DNA of 64,000 nucleotides from an uncultured Bacilli bacterium (GTDB lineage Bacteria; Bacillota_I; Bacilli_A; RFN20; CAG-826): NCBI GenBank assembly GCA_944349595.1, contig CALVNF010000006.1, positions 1,650 to 65,649 of the forward strand, read 5' to 3'. Shown piece by piece: positions 59,026 to 64,000 of this stretch (position 1 is its first letter; each line of letters starts with the position of its first letter). The notes under the pieces were generated by a model. It saw only the letters and a program-made list of their open reading frames with translations, ran no database searches and was not told where the DNA came from. The position numbers and the translations under genes were made by a program.

Positions 59026-60816
59026 GTGAAATTAGTCACTTCTAAAACATTATTGCTATTACTTTTATTAAACATACAAGGAAGTTGTTTTGCTTTTGCT
59101 TATAAAGAAAATAGGCAAAACATTGAAAATAAAATATTTGTAAAAGAAGGCAACAATAGTTACAAATATCAAAATTGCGATTTGGCAGAAATTGAAAGTA
59201 ATAAAGATTTAAATGATTATTATCAAATTATAATTAACTTAAATAATAAAGAATTTGATGATTTTATTTCATCAAATTCATTATCAAATAACGCTCTAAT
59301 GAAATCTAATTTATCTTTTAATTTAAATCTTTTTGATAAAATTTCTTTTAAAAATTATGAAAGTTATTTTATAAGTAAAACACTTCCTATTCTTATTTAT
59401 AACTATGATAAAATAGATGATTTAAATGTTGATATTAATAAGCTTAGTTCTATTAACAACACTTTTGTTAATAGTGTTTATATTTTAAAAAACTCAAATA
59501 ATAGTTCCTATGAGGATGAGACATTAGAAAATATTTTAGAAAATAATAAATTATATGATGATGGTGAAGATTATCCTATAAATGAAGCATTAAGTGACAT
59601 AGAATTTGATTTTAATACTAAATATGATGGAACAGGTGTAAAGATTGGTTTTATAGAAAGCGGAATTCCAAAAAGTGAATATTTAAATGATATTAAATAT
59701 GTTATAAATCCTGATTCTACTTACAGAACCTCACATGCAAGTCAGACATTATCAATTGTAAAAATGATATCTCCTGAATCTGATTTTTATTTTGTTTCAT
59801 TTACTAATGCTGAAGGTAATGATGACTATACAAAATATATGAATTGTATTGACTGGCTAGTTTCTCAAAATGTAAATGTTATAAATTGTAGTTTTGGTTC
59901 ACGCGATAGTTATAATTTACTTAGTGCTTATACAGATAAAATTATTTCAAATTATAATATTTCTTTTGTAGCGGCTTCTGGAAATACACGTTTACTTGAT
60001 AATAATGGAGAGGTCGTAAATGGAATAAAAAAAGATAAATGGGATGCATATTGCTGTTATGCCCCATCTAATTCTTACAATGCTATATCAGTAGGTTCTT
60101 CTTCAAAAAATAATTATGTAAGTTGTTTTAGTACCAATGGATTTAAATTTAATGATATTACTTTTAATTATGAAAAAGAAAATAGTGGTTACAATAGCAA
60201 TGTTGAATTTGATGAATTAATGGTCAAACCAGATATAATTGCTCCTGGAGATCAACTAACTGGTTTGTCAAATTTCGAACCTTTAAGTGGTACCAGTTTT
60301 AGTACACCAATTGTTACTGGTATAGTATCTTTATTAATGCAAAAGGATTCGAATTATAAAAAATATCCTGAATTAGTTAAGTCTACTCTCATTAACTCAA
60401 CAAACAAAGTAAGAAATAGTTTGATCTTTGATAGAGAGGCAGGATTTGGTATTATTTCATTTGAAAAAGCAATGAATACAAAATATTTTTATCCTATAAG
60501 TAATGTTTCTCATGATAAAATTCTTGATGTTTTTTATAATTTTAATTTATATATTGAAAACACAAAAGAAGTAAACATTTCAGTGAGTTCAATTTATAAT
60601 TCAAATGGGGAATTAGATATTGAATTTCCTAAACCTGACATTTATGGTTTTACTAGCTTTGGACAAAAAATTGGGGAATCAAAAAGTGTTTATTATGCTG
60701 CAAAATTTAGACATTCTAATTTTTCGGGTAATCTTAATTTTATATTTCAATTATTAAATAGAAGTGTGCCTAATAAAGAAGGATATCGTTATTGTGCAAC
60801 GTATCAAATTTTTTAG
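59026..60816 (+). CDS. Secreted S8 (subtilisin-like) serine peptidase
   Basis: Signal peptide, pro-region, GTGVKIGFIESG, TSHAS, NVINCSFG, VAASGN, KPDIIAPG, SGTSFSTP.V.G. Confidence 0.85.
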   Translation: MKLVTSKTLLLLLLLNIQGSCFAFAYKENRQNIENKIFVKEGNNSYKYQNCDLAEIESNKDLNDYYQIIINLNNKEFDDFISSNSLSNNALMKSNLSFNLNLFDKISFKNYESYFISKTLPILIYNYDKIDDLNVDINKLSSINNTFVNSVYILKNSNNSSYEDETLENILENNKLYDDGEDYPINEALSDIEFDFNTKYDGTGVKIGFIESGIPKSEYLNDIKYVINPDSTYRTSHASQTLSIVKMISPESDFYFVSFTNAEGNDDYTKYMNCIDWLVSQNVNVINCSFGSRDSYNLLSAYTDKIISNYNISFVAASGNTRLLDNNGEVVNGIKKDKWDAYCCYAPSNSYNAISVGSSSKNNYVSCFSTNGFKFNDITFNYEKENSGYNSNVEFDELMVKPDIIAPGDQLTGLSNFEPLSGTSFSTPIVTGIVSLLMQKDSNYKKYPELVKSTLINSTNKVRNSLIFDREAGFGIISFEKAMNTKYFYPISNVSHDKILDVFYNFNLYIENTKEVNISVSSIYNSNGELDIEFPKPDIYGFTSFGQKIGESKSVYYAAKFRHSNFSGNLNFIFQLLNRSVPNKEGYRYCATYQIF

Positions 60817-60830
60817 AAAGGAGTTAGTTT

Positions 60831-61523
60831 ATGAAATTATTATTTAATTTATCTAAGATCATATTTTTAATTCCAATTATGTTTTCAATAAGCGGATGTA
60901 ATATTAAAGAGGAAGTTTCTGACTTAAAAATTGAAGCTGAAAAAGCAATTTGGATTAATTATGATGATAACGGAACTTCTTTTTATGATATTTTAATTGA
61001 TACAGACGGAAACCCTAATGATATTAAATTTGAATATTCTCATGATGGTTATATTGAAGTAAGTCATTTAAGAGATAATGCTTTTAGAGTAAAACAATTA
61101 AAAATTGAAAATAAAACAATAACTTTAAAAGCAAAATTAGGAAATAAAGAAGATAGTATTAGGGTACATTTAGTTTATAAGTTGGAAGAAGCAGGAAATA
61201 TAATTTCTGATTATTTATGGTATTACGTTGCTCCAGGTTATACTTATGACATGATGTGGAGGACTGAAGAAAGAAATTGTGGATTTGCAGTAGAATTATA
61301 TGACTATAATTATTTTAGCAATATTGAAATTGTTGAACAAAATAAAATTAAAACTCTTAAAGAAGGACAATTTTTCTTTATAGCTAGGATAGGCGATATT
61401 TATAATACTTTTGTTATGGAAGTCAGCGATAATGTTAAATATGATCCTAATCCGACAGAACCAATGCCTTATGATCCAGGAGATGTAAACATGCCTCCTG
61501 ATGGGGAATATGGCGACTTATAA
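60831..61523 (+). CDS. Lipoprotein, tandem paralog 1 (type A, Pro-rich tail)
   Basis: Lipobox SISG-C. Shares AIWI.YDDN..SFYD..IDT.GN, EDSIRVHLVY and PGYTYDMMWRTE with 62216. Confidence 0.82.
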   Translation: MKLLFNLSKIIFLIPIMFSISGCNIKEEVSDLKIEAEKAIWINYDDNGTSFYDILIDTDGNPNDIKFEYSHDGYIEVSHLRDNAFRVKQLKIENKTITLKAKLGNKEDSIRVHLVYKLEEAGNIISDYLWYYVAPGYTYDMMWRTEERNCGFAVELYDYNYFSNIEIVEQNKIKTLKEGQFFFIARIGDIYNTFVMEVSDNVKYDPNPTEPMPYDPGDVNMPPDGEYGDL

Positions 61524-61542
61524 TAATTGAAGGTGATAAATT

Positions 61543-62142
61543 ATGCTTAAAAATATTATTAAAAAAATATCAAAAATAGTTCTCATACCAGTATTTTTAG
61601 TGTTTTTTACATCTTGTGATAATCAAAAAGATTTATATTTTAAAATTGATGGAAGCAATGTTATTTGGGCCAAATCATTTTTTAGATTTAAAATTGACAC
61701 AAATATTGATTTAAAAGAAAACGAAGTTGAATTTATATCAAATAATTTTTCATGGTTTTTTTACAATGAAACTCAATATGTTAATAATGTTTTTAGTTTA
61801 AGTATTATGAATATATATGGAGAAAGAGGAACTGCTTTTTTAACTGTTAAATGTAATGGTTTTGAAGATACACTCAAAATACATTATAAAGCTTATGATG
61901 AATTTGAGCTTCTAGAAACATCAAAAGTGTTAGAATCTGGTAAAACATATGATTTTGATTGGAATTTTATCAATAGTGATTTAAATGATTCAAAATTTGC
62001 AATTGAACTTTTTCCAATTCAAGGTTTAGACTGTTTTAATATTGTTGACCAATATAAAATTGAAACAATCAAACCAGGTAAAATAAAATTTGGTGCAAGA
62101 ATTGATCAAAATATTAAAACTTATGAGTTTGAAATAATTTAA
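61543..62142 (+). CDS. Lipoprotein, tandem paralog 2 (type B)
   Basis: Lipobox FFTS-C, FAIELFPIQGLDCFNIVDQYKIETIKPG, homologous to its neighbours. Confidence 0.78.
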   Translation: MLKNIIKKISKIVLIPVFLVFFTSCDNQKDLYFKIDGSNVIWAKSFFRFKIDTNIDLKENEVEFISNNFSWFFYNETQYVNNVFSLSIMNIYGERGTAFLTVKCNGFEDTLKIHYKAYDEFELLETSKVLESGKTYDFDWNFINSDLNDSKFAIELFPIQGLDCFNIVDQYKIETIKPGKIKFGARIDQNIKTYEFEII

Positions 62143-62215
62143 TTTTGTAATTCAAAATGTATTATAAATTAATAAAAAACAAAATTACAAAATTAAGTGA
62201 AAGGTTGAGTGTATT

Positions 62216-62893
62216 GTGAAAAAACTTAAAATATTCTATTTATTACCATTATTGTTTTCTATATCCGGCTGCAAATTTAATGATAATTATATTGATATTA
62301 AAGAAGATAAAGCTATTTGGATTGGTTATGACGATAATAACCTTTCTTATTATGATTTTACAATTGATACAAATGGAAATTATGATAATATACAGTTCGC
62401 ATATTCTGAAGAAAATTATATTGAAGTAAGTCATTTAAAAGAAAACGTTTATAGAGTAACACAATTAAAAAAAGAGAATAAAACAATTACTTTAAAAGCA
62501 AAATTAGGATATATAGAAGATAGTATTAGAGTGCATTTAGTTTATAAATTAGAAGATGTAACTGATATAAAAGTTGGTTATATATGGCGCGTGTTTGCGC
62601 CTGGTTATACTTATGATATGATGTGGAGAACAGAAAAAAACGATTGTGGTTTTGCCATTGAATTATATCCTATGGATGGCTTAGAATTTTTTGATGTTGT
62701 TGAACAAAATAAAATAAAAACTATAAAAGATGGTCGTTTTTGTTTTATTGCAAAAATTGGCGAATTTGAAAAAGTTTATAATATGGCGATACTTCATTAT
62801 GTTCCATATAATCCAAAACCAGATAAACCATATGAGTATGATCCAGATCATGACATAAATTACCCTATCGGAGATGAACCTGGCGATCTATAA
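62216..62893 (+). CDS. Lipoprotein, tandem paralog 3 (type A, Pro-rich tail)
   Basis: GTG start, lipobox SISG-C, closely similar to 60831, ends PGDL. Confidence 0.82.
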   Translation: MKKLKIFYLLPLLFSISGCKFNDNYIDIKEDKAIWIGYDDNNLSYYDFTIDTNGNYDNIQFAYSEENYIEVSHLKENVYRVTQLKKENKTITLKAKLGYIEDSIRVHLVYKLEDVTDIKVGYIWRVFAPGYTYDMMWRTEKNDCGFAIELYPMDGLEFFDVVEQNKIKTIKDGRFCFIAKIGEFEKVYNMAILHYVPYNPKPDKPYEYDPDHDINYPIGDEPGDL

Positions 62894-63166
62894 TTACGTT
62901 TTTAGTTTATTTTATGTTTAAATATAAGAAATCATATCATATTATAGATTAAAATTTTCAAATTATTTTTTTATTAATGATTAATTAAAAAATGACAAAA
63001 AACAAATTTTTGTAATTGTTAAATTAAACCCTTAAATTATTGATTAGTCATTATTTTCATGATATAAAACAACTATGGAAAACGTTTGTAATAAACAATT
63101 AAAGTAAAATTTTATTAATTTGTAGATTAATTATTTTATTTACAAGTAATTAAAGGTGTGTTGTTT

Positions 63167-63743
63167 ATGAAAAAACTCAAAATTATTTATCTTTTACCAT
63201 TATTATTTTCTATAACAGGATGTGATTTTAATGTTAATTATATTGAAATTAAAACAGATGATGCAATATGGATTGATTATGATAATAGTGGGGCTTTTTA
63301 TTATGATCTAATAATTGACACTGATGGAAATCCTAATGATATTTAGTTTGAATATTCTGAGCAAAATTATATTGAAATAAGTCATTTAAGCGATAATGCT
63401 TTTAGAATAAAACAATTAAAAAGTGAAAATAAAACAATAACTTTAACTGCAAAAATTGAAAATAGAAAAGATAACATTAGAGTTCATTTAATATGCATAA
63501 TGGAATATGCTAGAAATATTACTTCTGATTATCTTTGGTATTATATGGAACCTGGATATACATATGATATGATTTGGAGAAAACTGGAATTGATTGTGGT
63601 TTTGCCGTAGAAATATCAGTTGTTCAAGTGATGTTGTAGAAGCTGTTAATCAATATAAAATTAAAACGCTAAAAGCTGGTAAAATTAAATTTGCTGCTCG
63701 AATTGATGAGAATATAAATATATATAATTTTGAAATTATTTAA
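63167..63743 (+). pseudogene. Disrupted fourth lipoprotein paralog
   Basis: In-frame TAG at 63344-63346 where the paralog has Lys. Homology continues in frame, followed by two frameshifts near 63580-63630. Ends YNFEII-TAA at 63743. Confidence 0.85.
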
Positions 63744-63753
63744 TAATTAACAT

Positions 63754-63783
63754 AAAAAAATATTAAGGATTCGCATAGTTTTT
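63754..63783 (+). repeat. Dispersed ~30-bp motif, copy 5
   Basis: AAAAAAATATTAAGGATTCGCATAGTTTTT, 26/30 identical to copy 1. Confidence 0.65.
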
Positions 63784-63897
63784 TAAATTTATAATCATTA
63801 AATTTATTGCTTAAATTTTATATTTTTAAGTATTTTATTTTTATATTTTAATGTATAATTAAAATATATAAAAAAATATAAAGGAGACCAGTATAAT

Positions 63898-64000
63898 ATG
63901 AATATTCAAATAGTTGGAAAAAATATTAGCGTTACTGATGGTATTAAACAAGCCATTACTAAAAAATTATCAAAAATGGATAAATATTTTGATAATAAAG
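63898..64000 (+). CDS. hpf: Ribosome hibernation promoting factor (HPF/RaiA), partial
   Basis: Hand translation MNIQIVGKNISVTDGIKQAITKKLSKMDKYFDNK matches the typical HPF N-terminus. AAGGAG SD. Runs off the window end. Confidence 0.85.
   Translation, partial: MNIQIVGKNISVTDGIKQAITKKLSKMDKYFDNK

Noticed and set aside
13349-59100. Shared LFNL/LLNI motif in the signal peptides of the three secreted effectors
   Set aside because: It is too short and low in complexity to support a common dedicated secretion signal.
62141-62194. AATTTTGTAATT...AATTACAAAATT inverted repeat in the lipoprotein array
   Set aside because: It is almost all A/T with a 30-nt spacer and cannot be distinguished from background.
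1076-62434. Short antisense or alternate-frame ORFs in the track (for example 1076, 2655, 3672, 3703, 3724, 7538, 14024, 21264, 30218, 48074, 56771, 62249)
   Set aside because: They lie wholly within well-supported genes and have no SD. Several simply mirror the collagen or poly-Thr repeats (such as the poly-Val ORF at 30218).
63076-63090. GGAAAACGTTTGTA as a cre site
   Set aside because: It has several mismatches to the cre consensus and lies upstream of a pseudogene.
1-64000. Mycoplasma-type recoding (TGA = Trp)
   Set aside because: TGA ends intact genes (1592-1594, 3543-3545, 29264-29266, 30130-30132), and conserved Trp residues use TGG.
1-64000. CRISPR array, rRNA, tRNA, or tmRNA near smpB
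   Set aside because: I saw no regularly spaced repeat-spacer units, no tRNA T-loop/cloverleaf and no long GC-rich structured region. smpB is tightly flanked by overlapping CDSs.

Overview
This is a very AT-rich chromosomal window with standard genetic code 11 (TGA is used as a stop, Trp is TGG). It encodes about 14 lipoproteins and has a Mollicute-like gene set (N-domain-less ClpB under CIRCE control, MAG1210-like/LemA pair, FolT/FolC). These traits suggest an uncultured gut-type Bacilli lineage such as RF39/RFN20; this placement is inference only. Housekeeping genes include glyA, ldh, hsp20, clpB, a cadC-HMA-cadA operon, a sirtuin, smpB, folC, folT, metK and a partial hpf. Four accessory modules are interleaved with them. 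(1) A ~15 kb surface starch locus (42.3-57.3 kb) holds a lipoprotein pullulanase, a lipoprotein alpha-amylase, non-catalytic CBM26-like lipoproteins, and a SipW-type signal peptidase with three SipW-type prepilin-like proteins, two of which carry putative starch-binding modules. This is a candidate starch-adhesion fibre. (2) A secreted protein with leukocidin/alpha-hemolysin-like beta-pore-former features lies between two fused ATPase-permease ABC genes, itself between hsp20 and clpB. (3) A secreted papain/C39-like cysteine peptidase is followed by two lipoproteins. (4) A secreted S8 peptidase is followed by four paralogous lipoproteins, the last a pseudogene. Non-coding features include a very AU-rich SAM-I-like riboswitch before metK, three CIRCE operators, an ArsR/SmtB operator, a cre-like palindrome, a 375-bp inverted duplication, and an unexplained ~30-bp motif in five co-oriented copies. 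I found no rRNA, tRNA, CRISPR array, transposase or integrase. All family assignments come from motif recognition by eye, not from database searches.
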